Shown in pieces: positions 1-10,900 of a stretch of 64,000 nt of DNA; the first letter of the stretch is position 1; each line of letters begins with the position of its first letter. Origin of the DNA: Minisyncoccota bacterium (GTDB lineage: Bacteria; Patescibacteriota; Minisyncoccia; Phycocordibacterales; JBAYLF01); the NCBI GenBank assembly GCA_041664205.1, contig JBAYLF010000002.1, positions 29,690 through 93,689 on the forward strand, given 5' to 3'. Below the pieces are notes generated by a model. That model was not told the DNA's origin and did not search any database. It worked only from the letters and a program-made list of their open reading frames with translations. A program made the position numbers and the translations under genes.

Positions 1-1607
1 ACGTTTTTTGTAACGCGTGGATCGTCTGCAGGAAGAACTTCAAAGAAATATATTCCAAAAATACTCGATGTATCAAGAGTATAATCGTAAGTTATTTCTC
101 CGTTGTCACTTATGATCATACTTTTACAAAAAATATTTTTCTTTTCATCATAAAGATATTTTAAAATTGAATCTTTTATATCTTCGGCAACATTGTTGAA
201 TAAATTTTGATCTGATTCCTTACCGAGAATTTGAGCAAAATTTGCAGCTGATTTTAGCGCCGCATAAACCGAAGCACATGTATATGTATGTATGCCAAAT
301 TTTTCTTCCCATAAATCATAACTAGGATTTGGTAGTCCTGTTTTTATATCTCTGAACTGGATCAAAAACATGGCGGAATTTTTTATCAGCGAATTATAAA
401 TCGCTTCAATAAATTCCAAATCTCTTGATACTTGGTAATGCTTCCATAGTGCAACTATAACAATCGCCGTTTCGTCTTCTTGGATTGGAAGCTGCATTTT
501 ATTATTTTTAATCCACGGATGCCATGAACTGCCTAATGATTTGTCCGGTCTATATTTATGCATAAAATATCCGCCGTCAAAAATAGTGCTGTTGCAAAAC
601 TCAAAGTATCTTTTTGAAACACTTGAATCTCCTGCCATATCTAACGCCATTGCTGCGATTGAGGCATCTCTCATCCAAATATATTCGTAAGTATCCTGAT
701 CATTGCGAATAATTTCGCCATCTCCTGATGCTATAATACCACCATCTATATCTGCATGAGCTCTGATGTAAAAAAGTGATTTTTTAAAAAGTGTAACAAC
801 CTCATCAGATAATTTTAAAAATTTAAAATTATATTTTTTTATCCAAGCTTTCCAGAAATCATAAGTAGTTGTTAGTAGATGCTCAGGAGTTCGCTCAAGA
901 ACATAATTATTCAAAGCTACTAATTCTTTAAAAATCTTCGAAACACAAACCCAGTAATAAACAATTTTTAAAGAATGCCCAGGGAGTTTTAATGTAATTC
1001 CTATTACGGAATCAGTTCTTCCGTGTTCGATAGGATTTTTCGATAGTTTTCCATCTTCAGTATCCTTAAAGCTCCCCTCTTTTCCTGCTGCATTAAAAAT
1101 ACCAGTGGTATAATCATCAAATGATTTGTCATCGACTTTTGCATTAATAAGAAAAAGTCGTCGTCCTTTATAATGAATTATTGAATGTGTGTCTGGATTG
1201 AAATATGCAGTATCTCCATGATGTGATTCATATAATTCAAATTCTTGATTCATGAATAATTTTATTTCTCTTTCAATATTTGAATTATTTTTTACTTCAA
1301 TTTTTCTTAAATAAATATTTTTTTCATTATAAACCACGTCTGTAATCAAAACTGAAACTTGTAATTCATCATTTGTGGCTGTAATAACTCCAGAAAGCGC
1401 TTCGTCAGCGCATAAAACTGTTACGTTCCAAGATGGATGATCAAACCATCTCATTTTTCCATCAGCAAAAACCCCAATCCTATGAACAAAAATTCCGCCA
1501 ACATGATTTTCTAGCCCTACATGTGGAAAATAAAAATCACGCACCTGCCCTTTATTATCAAGGCAAACAAGAATATTTCCATTTCCTAAGGCTAAAGATC
1601 TAGACAT
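1..1607 (-). CDS. Glycoside hydrolase family 15 (glucoamylase/glucodextranase-like). Partial: the C-terminus runs off the window edge.
   Basis: I translated the minus strand from the ATG at 1607. It gives MSRSLALGNGNILVCLDNKGQVRDFYFPHVGLENH... followed by an (alpha/alpha)6-barrel-like region (WMRDASIAAMALD). This resembles archaeal/bacterial GH15. The ORF track omits it because it is cut by the window edge. Confidence 0.65.
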   Translation of the reverse strand, partial: MSRSLALGNGNILVCLDNKGQVRDFYFPHVGLENHVGGIFVHRIGVFADGKMRWFDHPSWNVTVLCADEALSGVITATNDELQVSVLITDVVYNEKNIYLRKIEVKNNSNIEREIKLFMNQEFELYESHHGDTAYFNPDTHSIIHYKGRRLFLINAKVDDKSFDDYTTGIFNAAGKEGSFKDTEDGKLSKNPIEHGRTDSVIGITLKLPGHSLKIVYYWVCVSKIFKELVALNNYVLERTPEHLLTTTYDFWKAWIKKYNFKFLKLSDEVVTLFKKSLFYIRAHADIDGGIIASGDGEIIRNDQDTYEYIWMRDASIAAMALDMAGDSSVSKRYFEFCNSTIFDGGYFMHKYRPDKSLGSSWHPWIKNNKMQLPIQEDETAIVIVALWKHYQVSRDLEFIEAIYNSLIKNSAMFLIQFRDIKTGLPNPSYDLWEEKFGIHTYTCASVYAALKSAANFAQILGKESDQNLFNNVAEDIKDSILKYLYDEKKNIFCKSMIISDNGEITYDYTLDTSSIFGIYFFEVLPADDPRVTKN

Positions 1608-1610
1608 AAA

Positions 1611-1925
1611 TTATTTCTTTTTTAAAACTTGAACAGCCTTCTTTTTATTTCCAGCTTTTCTTAATAATTTAGCTTTTTCTGGTTCGCATAGAACTATTTC
1701 AACCCATTGCGCAAAATCGTTTTTTTCTGAAGAAACATGATGATTATATTGGTCGTCGTTGATGTTTTCCAGAGCAATCATCAAGTCATCGATGTTTTTT
1801 AATATTGGTCCGTTATTGACCCAAAAAGATCTTTCATCGTCTACAAATACAAGCTCTTTTTTGCCTTTTTTCTCAACTTTTTTTGCAGGCTTATTTTTTA
1901 CGATAATTTTTTTATTTTTTATCAT
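1611..1925 (-). CDS. Hypothetical lysine-rich small protein
   Basis: 104-aa ORF, tightly packed between the GH15 and GH57 genes. I recognise no domain. Confidence 0.4.
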   Translation of the reverse strand: MIKNKKIIVKNKPAKKVEKKGKKELVFVDDERSFWVNNGPILKNIDDLMIALENINDDQYNHHVSSEKNDFAQWVEIVLCEPEKAKLLRKAGNKKKAVQVLKKK

Positions 1926-1943
1926 AATGCTATTTTAAATTTA

Positions 1944-3140
1944 TTAATTATTTATTAATCTTAATTTTAAATCATTTAATACATTTATGAAAGTGATGAA
2001 TGCGTCGTATGGAGATTCGTACGGATTGAAATATTTGTGAACATCGCCGTCGTTCCACCATTTTGTGCACATATAATAAAAATGATCAGATGTTTGAAGA
2101 CGTCTCCAGTCCTCAATTATCTTATTATTCCCCGAGCTAAATACTTTGCTTTCAAGCTCATATAATTTTTTAGCAGCATCGCGTTGCATATCATTTTCAA
2201 GCCACGCAGAAAGGTTGCGCTCTACGTCTGCCCAGGAAATATAATGTGGAACATCAAGAGTATCTTTTGGTTCATATCTATCTATCGCTTCACTTACAGT
2301 TACGAAATCGTTATCTTTATTTTTATAAACTTCTTCCGGTAAATGTCTTAAAAAATTAAAAATACCCGTATCTTCCCACTGATGTTCGCCGAAAGTTTCG
2401 TAATCCATAAAAAGATTAATCACTTCACCATTTCCATTTACATCATTTACCCAATTTGAAAATTTTTCTGCGGTTAGTGGATATTCAGACCAATCTTTAG
2501 AAGAAAATCGAAATGCGATATCGTCTGAAAGTCGATAATTTTTTAACAGTAGTTTTATTTTTTCCGTGCCTTCTGGTTTATAAATGAAATTTGAATTGCG
2601 CCACCCAAGTATTCTATCAACACCTTCGGCGAGAATTCCTTTGAAACCCATTTCTTCAACCTCTTTTACAACATCATTATTGTAGATAAGCTCTGTATTT
2701 CTAAAAACAGAAGGTGTTACTCCAAACACTTGGTTTATCTTATCTTTATGTAGTAAAACCTGTTCTTTAAATTCTTTTTTAGAATATAAAAAAGACAAGG
2801 TGTGATAATAAGTTTCTGATAAAAGTTCTACATTCCCGGTATCAACAAGTCTTTTGAAAGAATCTAAAGTTTCTGGAGCATATTTTTCTAATTGTTCTAT
2901 GAAAACTCCAGAAAGAGAAAAACTCACCTTAAATTCTGGGTGTTTTTTTATTAGATCAAGAAGCACTTGGTTTGTGGGTAAATAACACTTTTTTGAAACC
3001 TTCTCAATTATAAATTTATTATTTAGATTAGACTTTGATTCTTCGTCAAAATAGTTTGAATCTTTTCCAATGTCAAAAATCCCATAACGGCGTAGCCGCA
3101 TCGGTTGATGAACCTGAAAATAAAAACAAACTGATGACAT
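1944..3140 (-). CDS. Glycoside hydrolase family 57 (alpha-amylase/4-alpha-glucanotransferase-like)
   Basis: 398 aa. The N-terminal FYFQVHQPMR motif and overall length are typical of GH57. It is adjacent to GH15 and a glycogen-synthase-like GT. Confidence 0.7.
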   Translation of the reverse strand: MSSVCFYFQVHQPMRLRRYGIFDIGKDSNYFDEESKSNLNNKFIIEKVSKKCYLPTNQVLLDLIKKHPEFKVSFSLSGVFIEQLEKYAPETLDSFKRLVDTGNVELLSETYYHTLSFLYSKKEFKEQVLLHKDKINQVFGVTPSVFRNTELIYNNDVVKEVEEMGFKGILAEGVDRILGWRNSNFIYKPEGTEKIKLLLKNYRLSDDIAFRFSSKDWSEYPLTAEKFSNWVNDVNGNGEVINLFMDYETFGEHQWEDTGIFNFLRHLPEEVYKNKDNDFVTVSEAIDRYEPKDTLDVPHYISWADVERNLSAWLENDMQRDAAKKLYELESKVFSSGNNKIIEDWRRLQTSDHFYYMCTKWWNDGDVHKYFNPYESPYDAFITFINVLNDLKLRLINN

Positions 3141-3145
3141 AATTA

Positions 3146-4405
3146 TTATTTATCTTTCTTTTTTAAAAAAAATTTGAACTGGCCTAGTATTTTTTTGTAT
3201 ATTTCTACGCATTTTTGAGCCGCGTTTTTCCATGATATCGTTTTAACTTCATTCAACGAGTTACTTTTTAGTGTGGATGATAAGGATTCATTTTTTAGCA
3301 CAGATACAATTTTATTAGTTAACTCGTCTGTATCCCAAAAATCAACTTTTAAAGCATGATTTACAACTTCAGATACTCCTGACTGTTTGGAAACGATAAC
3401 AGGCGTGCCGTGTTGCATTGCTTCTAATGCTGTTAATCCAAAAGGTTCAGAAACAGAAGGCATAATAAAAAGATCTGCATTTTTATACAAACTGTTTAAT
3501 TCTTCATCACGTAAAAAACCTGAAAAAAGAACTCGATCCGAAATGCCGAGTTGCGCCGTCTGTCTAATGATCTGATTTTGCATATCACCGCTTCCAGCAA
3601 CGATAAAAAATGTGTTCGGGCAAAATTCAAGCACTTTTTTAGCAGATTTTAAGAAGTAGTCTGGACCTTTTTGAATAGTAATACGTCCTACAAAAATAAC
3701 AATCTTGCCTCCGTTGGTTTTTATTATTCTGAAAAAATCACTTTTATTTTGATCTTTCTGAGTTTCTTCTTTGTTTTCTATGCCGTTATGCACGACTTGG
3801 ATTTTTTCGGGTGGTATTCCATATTTTGATATTATTACATCCTTTGTAAAATTACTTACGGCAATTATTGCGTCTGCATACTCCATACCTTGCTTTTCAA
3901 GTAAGTAGATCTCATTATTTATACCTGTTCCTCCCGTTCGATCGAATTCTGTCGAGTGAATATGAACTATTAAGGGCTTACCTGAAATTTTCTTTGCTTC
4001 GATTCCCGCTCCAAAAGAAAGCCAATCATGAGCGTGAATAATGTTGAAGTTTTCTTCTTTTGCTATTTCCCTAGCTCTTAATGCATAAAGTTTAACGGCG
4101 TCTATTAAATCCATTCCATAATCGCCAAAATTACCTCTTTTTTTTAAAAAATCATCTTCTGTTAAATATGGCGAGATAAGCGAGTCGATGATTTTGTAAT
4201 TAACTAGATGTGAATCGGCAAAATGCAACTTTACCGGAGAATTCTTAATGTCGATTTTTTTAGGAAGAACAAAGATGATTTCAGCATTTTCTCCAACTAT
4301 AGCCTTTGTAAGTCCTAAACATGCAACACCTAAACCCCCACTATTAAATGGAGGAAATTCCCAACCGAACATTAAAACTCTGATTCTTTCATCCCCAGAA
4401 CCCAT
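3146..4405 (-). CDS. Glycosyltransferase, GT4/GT5 glycogen-(alpha-glucan)-synthase-like
   Basis: 419 aa. Has an N-terminal FPPFNSGGLGVA (KxGGL-like) motif and a C-terminal GT-B fold EX7E-like region (EPFGLTALEAM). Confidence 0.7.
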   Translation of the reverse strand: MGSGDERIRVLMFGWEFPPFNSGGLGVACLGLTKAIVGENAEIIFVLPKKIDIKNSPVKLHFADSHLVNYKIIDSLISPYLTEDDFLKKRGNFGDYGMDLIDAVKLYALRAREIAKEENFNIIHAHDWLSFGAGIEAKKISGKPLIVHIHSTEFDRTGGTGINNEIYLLEKQGMEYADAIIAVSNFTKDVIISKYGIPPEKIQVVHNGIENKEETQKDQNKSDFFRIIKTNGGKIVIFVGRITIQKGPDYFLKSAKKVLEFCPNTFFIVAGSGDMQNQIIRQTAQLGISDRVLFSGFLRDEELNSLYKNADLFIMPSVSEPFGLTALEAMQHGTPVIVSKQSGVSEVVNHALKVDFWDTDELTNKIVSVLKNESLSSTLKSNSLNEVKTISWKNAAQKCVEIYKKILGQFKFFLKKKDK

Positions 4406-4442
4406 TACTTTGAATTATTATTTATTTTTTATTAATTAAAAT

Positions 4443-4928
4443 TTATTTTAGCGAATTTAACTCATTCTCCATCCTACGTATTTCTTGTTCTTTTTTTGAA
4501 ACAGATTCTTTTAATCTAGCAACCTCATCCTTTTTGTTTTTTGTAGCCGGTTCCTCAATGTTTAAATGTCTCTTTTTTTTATCAAAATTCATTTTCTTTA
4601 TATCAAGTTCGCTTTTCATTTTTTCAAGATCCATTTTTGCTTTTTGGAATTTGTTTTCCATACGTTTTACCTCTCTTTCTAAAGTATCAGTTTCAGATTT
4701 AGATCGATGCCCATCATGTTCTTCAATTTGAATTTCATATTCAAGTTGAGCAATATTTCTTTTAACAAGTTCAATATCATCTTTCTTGAATCTAATTTCT
4801 GAAGAAAGCTGATTCTTTTTTTGTTTTTTACTCTGTTCTATGATAATCGAGTCTGCTTTTCTCTTTGTTTCTACAGCTTCATCATCAAAATTGTTATCTT
4901 TTTTTGAACCGTTTAAACTATTAATCAT
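4443..4928 (-). CDS. Hypothetical K/E-rich coiled-coil protein
   Basis: 161 aa, strongly charged heptad-like repeats. Overlaps the downstream MgtC gene start by 8 bp, which suggests translational coupling. Confidence 0.45.
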   Translation of the reverse strand: MINSLNGSKKDNNFDDEAVETKRKADSIIIEQSKKQKKNQLSSEIRFKKDDIELVKRNIAQLEYEIQIEEHDGHRSKSETDTLEREVKRMENKFQKAKMDLEKMKSELDIKKMNFDKKKRHLNIEEPATKNKKDEVARLKESVSKKEQEIRRMENELNSLK

Positions 4929-5397
4929 TATTTTCTTTTCTAGGGTTAAAATTTGATTTTAATAACATTTCAATTTTCCAAAGAAATGTAAAGCTTAGAA
5001 ATGTAAGAATTGCCGTAAAAGTAGCAATTTCGTAAAAACCGAAGCCGATAGCTATTCCTATACCACAAGCAACCCATAAACCCGCTGCAGTAGTAAGTCC
5101 GCTTATTTTTGGTTCATTTTCGCGAAAGAAAATAATACCTGCACCTAAAAATCCAATTCCTGTAATAATTCCTGCTGGAACTCGCATAGGATCGAAACTT
5201 GCAATATCAATAAAAGATAAACTAACTAAGTTTGAAACAACAATGAATAAGCAAGAACCCATTGCTACTAAGCCATAAGTTCTCATTCCTGCTGTTTTGC
5301 CAGCAAAAGTTCTCTCGATTCCTAATATGGAACCAAGCAAAAGTGCGACAAAAATTCTAAAAAATGATACTAAAAACAAAGAGAAAGATATCACCAT
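4921..5397 (-). CDS. mgtC: MgtC/SapB family membrane protein
   Basis: 158 aa with the GIERTFAGKTAGMRTYGLVAMGSCLF motif, typical of the MgtC family. Confidence 0.7.
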   Translation of the reverse strand: MVISFSLFLVSFFRIFVALLLGSILGIERTFAGKTAGMRTYGLVAMGSCLFIVVSNLVSLSFIDIASFDPMRVPAGIITGIGFLGAGIIFFRENEPKISGLTTAAGLWVACGIGIAIGFGFYEIATFTAILTFLSFTFLWKIEMLLKSNFNPRKENND

Positions 5398-5495
5398 AAT
5401 TTTTTTTTAAATTGGTATGTATATATTATATATACGTTATCAAATTAAACAAAGGTCTTTTTTCTGATATCTTTACGAGATTTTTTATTATTTTT

Positions 5496-6221
5496 TTATC
5501 TAATATCTTTATATTCTTTTGTAACAGGACGATGAATAAATACTTGCGAAAAGAAATTTATAACATATAAATAAACAGTTTTAAAGAAACCATCCTTAAC
5601 GAGTCTTCTTGCAGAACTGTATATTAAGAAATTATATTTGAACTTAACTTTACCAAATTTACTGGCGCGTCTAGCGATGTCGGTATCATCACCATAAAAT
5701 GATATGGAGGTATTAATACCGCCCATTTTTTTAAGCGTTACTCTTCTTATTGCAAGATTTCCTCCAATTGCCATATATCCGACTATAAAATATATAGGCA
5801 TAGCAAGAATCCAGTAAGTATTCACAAATGTTTTTTTCCATCTAGGTATATCGTAGTAGCTGTATGGACCACTTAAACAGACGATTTTTGGATTTTTAAA
5901 TTCGCATAAAATTATATCAGGCCAATTTTCTGTCATAAGCGTGTCTGCATCTATAAATGCAATTATGTCACCTGAAGCTTCTCTAAAACCTCTTTCTCTT
6001 GCCCAAGCGTTTCCCTTTCGTTCTTCTTTTATAACTCTTATACCCTGTTTAGAGATTGCTATTTCAGAAGTTTTATCAGTGCTTGCATTATCTACAACGA
6101 TAATCTCATTGATTTTTCCTTTTGAATTTCTTATAGCACAATCCAAACATTCACCTATGTATTTTTCTTCATTATAGGCCGGAATTACCAAACTTATTTT
6201 TAGTTCATTGTTTTTTTGCAT
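5496..6221 (-). CDS. Glycosyltransferase family 2
   Basis: LVIPAYNEEKYIGECLD N-terminus and DAD motif (AFIDADTL). GT-A fold. Confidence 0.7.
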   Translation of the reverse strand: MQKNNELKISLVIPAYNEEKYIGECLDCAIRNSKGKINEIIVVDNASTDKTSEIAISKQGIRVIKEERKGNAWARERGFREASGDIIAFIDADTLMTENWPDIILCEFKNPKIVCLSGPYSYYDIPRWKKTFVNTYWILAMPIYFIVGYMAIGGNLAIRRVTLKKMGGINTSISFYGDDTDIARRASKFGKVKFKYNFLIYSSARRLVKDGFFKTVYLYVINFFSQVFIHRPVTKEYKDIR

Positions 6222-6234
6222 AATATTTTTTAAT

Positions 6235-6954
6235 CTAACGAATTTCCTCCCAAACTTTGCTTGAAGATTTTTTTAAAAAAATTGTTGAAATTGAATTTAT
6301 TGTCCATAAACTCAAGAGTTTTGCCCAGCCAATTTTATGTGCGCGGCGACCAGTATGATAAATAGTTAAATCTGATACAAATTTTGTTTTTCCGATTTTT
6401 GCTAAACGTCTAAAAAGATCGTGATCTTCACCTGTAACTAAATTTTCATCAAAACCTTTAACTTTTTTAAATTCATCATTTTTTATCATTTGAAATTCTC
6501 CTGATGCTCCACCAATATGTAAAATATTATTAAGAATAAAATAAAGTGAATTTAAGCATCGAAAAATAACTTTATCGGATAATTTTTCAAATTCAGGTAA
6601 AACTTTTATAGAAACTGTGAGAGCTACGATGTTTTTGTCTTTTTCGAATATATTCAGAGCTTTTTTAAAAAAACTATTTGAATCATATATAAAACAGTCT
6701 GCGTCTATAAAGGCAAGATAATCACCTTCTGCTATTTTTGCACCGTTATTTCTTCCACCTGCAATTGTTTGCTTCTCTTTTTCTTCATGTTTGCTAATTT
6801 TACAGTTATATTTTTTTGCAATTTCAAGAGTTTTATCTAAACTTCCACCATCAGATATTATAATTTCATGCTTGTCATTTAAGATACTAATACAGCTTAT
6901 TGTTTTTTCTATTATCTTCTCCTCATTTAAAGTTGGAATAATAAAAGAAATCAT
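6235..6954 (-). CDS. Glycosyltransferase family 2
   Basis: FIIPTLNEE N-terminus and FIDADCF DxD-type motif. Confidence 0.7.
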   Translation of the reverse strand: MISFIIPTLNEEKIIEKTISCISILNDKHEIIISDGGSLDKTLEIAKKYNCKISKHEEKEKQTIAGGRNNGAKIAEGDYLAFIDADCFIYDSNSFFKKALNIFEKDKNIVALTVSIKVLPEFEKLSDKVIFRCLNSLYFILNNILHIGGASGEFQMIKNDEFKKVKGFDENLVTGEDHDLFRRLAKIGKTKFVSDLTIYHTGRRAHKIGWAKLLSLWTINSISTIFLKKSSSKVWEEIR

Positions 6955-7553
6955 ATTTTTAACATTTTTGATCTTATGTAATTAGAGTATCCATAAGCTA
7001 ATATGAGTAAGAATAGCCCGACACCAGCAATTAAAGCAATATTGAAACCATTAGAAATATTGCTATAAAAATGTCCAAAAAAGTAACCGATTGACATAAG
7101 CATTGCTACTAAGAAAATTTCTCCGATAGCGTTAATTATTACAAAAAATCGAATAGGAATTTTAGTAACGCCAGCCGCAACCAATGTAGCTAATGCAAAA
7201 CCAAAACCTATTGATATTTTAGATATCAATAAAACTGGTGCCCGATGTCTTCTTAAGCGATCTTTTGTTTTTTCAAATAATTCTGGAGTTACGCCAAAAA
7301 AAGTTCCGTGCTTTCGCAAAATAGGTTCAGCAAAAAAATAACCTATATAATACCAACCTATGTCTGCTACAATATCCCCTAAGACTAATGCAATATATAG
7401 AGGTATAAGACTAAAAACTCCAAGCTTTAGAAAAAAACCTGTTGCTACCATCAGTATCGGACCTTCTATAATGGCGCCTAAAAAAATAAATATATATTTA
7501 TATTGTTCGGCAAAGGCTAAAGAGTATGAAATAAATGCTGGAAAATTTTCCAT
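6951..7553 (-). CDS. DedA/VTT-domain membrane protein
   Basis: 200 aa, multi-TM, with the conserved DedA-like core (GFFLKLGVFSLIP...RRHRAPVLLISKI). Overlaps the upstream GT2 stop by 4 bp. Confidence 0.6.
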   Translation of the reverse strand: MENFPAFISYSLAFAEQYKYIFIFLGAIIEGPILMVATGFFLKLGVFSLIPLYIALVLGDIVADIGWYYIGYFFAEPILRKHGTFFGVTPELFEKTKDRLRRHRAPVLLISKISIGFGFALATLVAAGVTKIPIRFFVIINAIGEIFLVAMLMSIGYFFGHFYSNISNGFNIALIAGVGLFLLILAYGYSNYIRSKMLKI

Positions 7554-7714
7554 GTAATTTTAATTACCAGACTTCTTTAATTTGAAAAGGTCTTTATATT
7601 TTACTATATATAGAAGATTAAGTAAAAACCATTATTTGATAGCGTTTATTTTAATTTAGTAAGCATCTAATATATAATTATATGGATTGTTAGCAATAGA
7701 TATTAAAAACAAAA

Positions 7715-8866
7715 ATGAGAATTTTAATAATTACAACTGATCTGAATGTGCTTGAAGAAGGAAGTGAAAAGCAAAAACAGATACTTAAGTATGGGACGAT
7801 GCTTGAAATATTGCATGTTATTGTTTTTACAAAAAAGAAAAGTGATTATTCTGTTAAAAAAATTGCCGATAATATTTGGATATATCCCACAAATTCACTT
7901 ACTCCAATAAATTTTATTGGAGATTCTATCGATATTGCTCGAATAAATGCTGTTTGGAAAAATAGAGTTCAAATCGATGTTGTTATAGGAGAAGACCCTT
8001 TTGAAGCAGGCTTTGCTGCTTGGCAGATAGCTAGAAAGTCAGGAAGACCCCTTCTTCTTCAGGTATTTACAGATTTTTTCACACCAAAATTTTATAAGAA
8101 GGATTTTTTAAACAAGATTCGTTTTTGGTTTGCTAAATTTATTCTTTCAAAAGCAGATTGCGTCGCTGTTTTTTCGGAAAGCATGAAAGAAAAAATAATA
8201 TTGAATAAAATTAATTTAAAAAACAAAATAGAAATATTTCCCTCTTATACAGATATGGACTCTATCAATAAAGGACCTTCAAATTTTGATATTCATAAAA
8301 AATATCCTCAATTTAATTTTATTTTGATTATTAATCCCCATTCTTATTTAAAAGAGGAATTAGAATTTACTATAAAAATTCTAAAAGAAGTAGTAAAAAA
8401 ACATCCTCGCGTAGGAGCTATTTTTATTGGCGATAATGAAAAATTTAATATTATAGAAAAAATGTTAGTTGAAAACCAACTATTAATGAACGTTTTTATT
8501 GAAACAAATCCCGTCGATGTGATTCCCTACTATAAAACAGCGAATGCGTTTTTTATACCCTTTACTCACGAAGAATCTGAGTCATCTCTTATAGAGGCTG
8601 TAGCATGTGGATGTCCTATAGTTTGTTGCGATTCGGCAATAACAAGCAAATATGTTGAAGATAATGTAAATGGGTTTGTTTGTAATAAAGATGATGATGA
8701 CTGTTTCAAAAAATCTATTATCAATCTTTTGGGTAATAATATGTTTAGAACACAAATAAGAGTTAACGCTACTGGTTTTGTTGAAGAATATATAAGTAAA
8801 AAGAAAGAAGAGTATTTACAAGAAATAGGAAATTTGTGGGAAAAGTGTAGATTGATGAGAAAATAA
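7715..8866 (+). CDS. Glycosyltransferase family 4 (GT-B, group 1)
   Basis: 383 aa with a C-terminal EESESSLIEAVACGCPIV EX7E motif. Confidence 0.7.
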   Translation: MRILIITTDLNVLEEGSEKQKQILKYGTMLEILHVIVFTKKKSDYSVKKIADNIWIYPTNSLTPINFIGDSIDIARINAVWKNRVQIDVVIGEDPFEAGFAAWQIARKSGRPLLLQVFTDFFTPKFYKKDFLNKIRFWFAKFILSKADCVAVFSESMKEKIILNKINLKNKIEIFPSYTDMDSINKGPSNFDIHKKYPQFNFILIINPHSYLKEELEFTIKILKEVVKKHPRVGAIFIGDNEKFNIIEKMLVENQLLMNVFIETNPVDVIPYYKTANAFFIPFTHEESESSLIEAVACGCPIVCCDSAITSKYVEDNVNGFVCNKDDDDCFKKSIINLLGNNMFRTQIRVNATGFVEEYISKKKEEYLQEIGNLWEKCRLMRK

Positions 8867-8878
8867 AAATATAAAAAA

Positions 8879-8916
8879 CTCCGCACCTGCAATAAATGCA
8901 AATGCGGAGAACTTTT
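8879..8916. terminator. Bidirectional rho-independent terminator between convergent GT4 and atpC
   Basis: Hairpin ctccgca-N17-tgcggag, followed by T-runs on both strands. Confidence 0.6.
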
Positions 8917-9023
8917 ATAAAGTATTTACCACAAAAGTGGACCAACGCTACTATTTAGTGATTTATCTATTTTCATATTCCGCCGATCAGTATATCAAAA
9001 TAGCCTAAATTGTAAAGAAAATT

Positions 9024-9473
9024 TTACTTTAGCTGTTCTATATTTTTCAATTTTCTCCATCTTTTTGCCGCTTTTTCTCTTGCTAGTTGTTTTTCTATCT
9101 TTGCGTAAGCATCAGTGAAGTGTTCTCTGTCAGTGTGAACAGCTTCTTCTTTTATTTTTTCGGCAGTTTTTCTAGCTTCTTCGGCTTTACTGATATCGAT
9201 CTCATGGGCACGTTCTGCGGTATCCGCCAAAATTGAAATTTTATTATTTAATACCTCAAGAAAACCTCCGGAAACGCTAAGTATCTCAATGTCGCCTTTG
9301 CTCGTTTTTATTTCGATTACACCCGGGATTAAACTTGTAACCAAAGGAATATGCTCTGGAAGAATCGTAACTTCTCCCTCTTTGGTTGGTATTGTTGCTT
9401 GAGTTATTTCTGCTTCAAAAACTTTTCGTTCTGGAGAAACAATTTCAAATTTTATAAATTTTTTATCTGCCAT
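9024..9473 (-). CDS. atpC: F1 ATP synthase epsilon subunit
   Basis: 149 aa, KFEIVSPERKVFEAEI... Last gene of the atp operon. Confidence 0.85.
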   Translation of the reverse strand: MADKKFIKFEIVSPERKVFEAEITQATIPTKEGEVTILPEHIPLVTSLIPGVIEIKTSKGDIEILSVSGGFLEVLNNKISILADTAERAHEIDISKAEEARKTAEKIKEEAVHTDREHFTDAYAKIEKQLAREKAAKRWRKLKNIEQLK

Positions 9474-9481
9474 AGTTTTAA

Positions 9482-10900
<1,419 letters not shown>

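Noticed and set aside
3387-3575. Short antisense ORFs listed in the track (e.g. 3387-3575, 4248-4439, 4534-4731, 5941-6177, 6791-6985, 7360-7557, 8566-8901, 9523-9813, 9546-9800, 10260-10535, 11131-11319, 12133-13181 set, 13500-13700, 13827-14012, 15178-15414, 16560-16745, 17708-17932, 17917-18150, 19246-19461, 20735-20938, 22012-22320, 22765-22965, 24216-24401, 24860-25123, 26290-26579, 27146-27370, 31351-32043, 33081-33266, 33669-33890, 35975-36205, 37019-37210, 37705-38166, 41435-41617, 42032-42229, 43936-44196, 47788-47985, 49190-49556, 50394-50642, 51197-51403, 51723-52436, 53329-53526, 54665-55148, 58472-59098, 59446-59670, 61743-61985, 62441-62710, 63025-63216)
   Set aside because: Each is fully embedded in or antisense to a longer, well-supported gene, such as an ATP synthase subunit, topA, clpB or parB. 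They lack SDs and recognisable domains, and are typical of AT-rich or low-complexity sequence producing open frames by chance.
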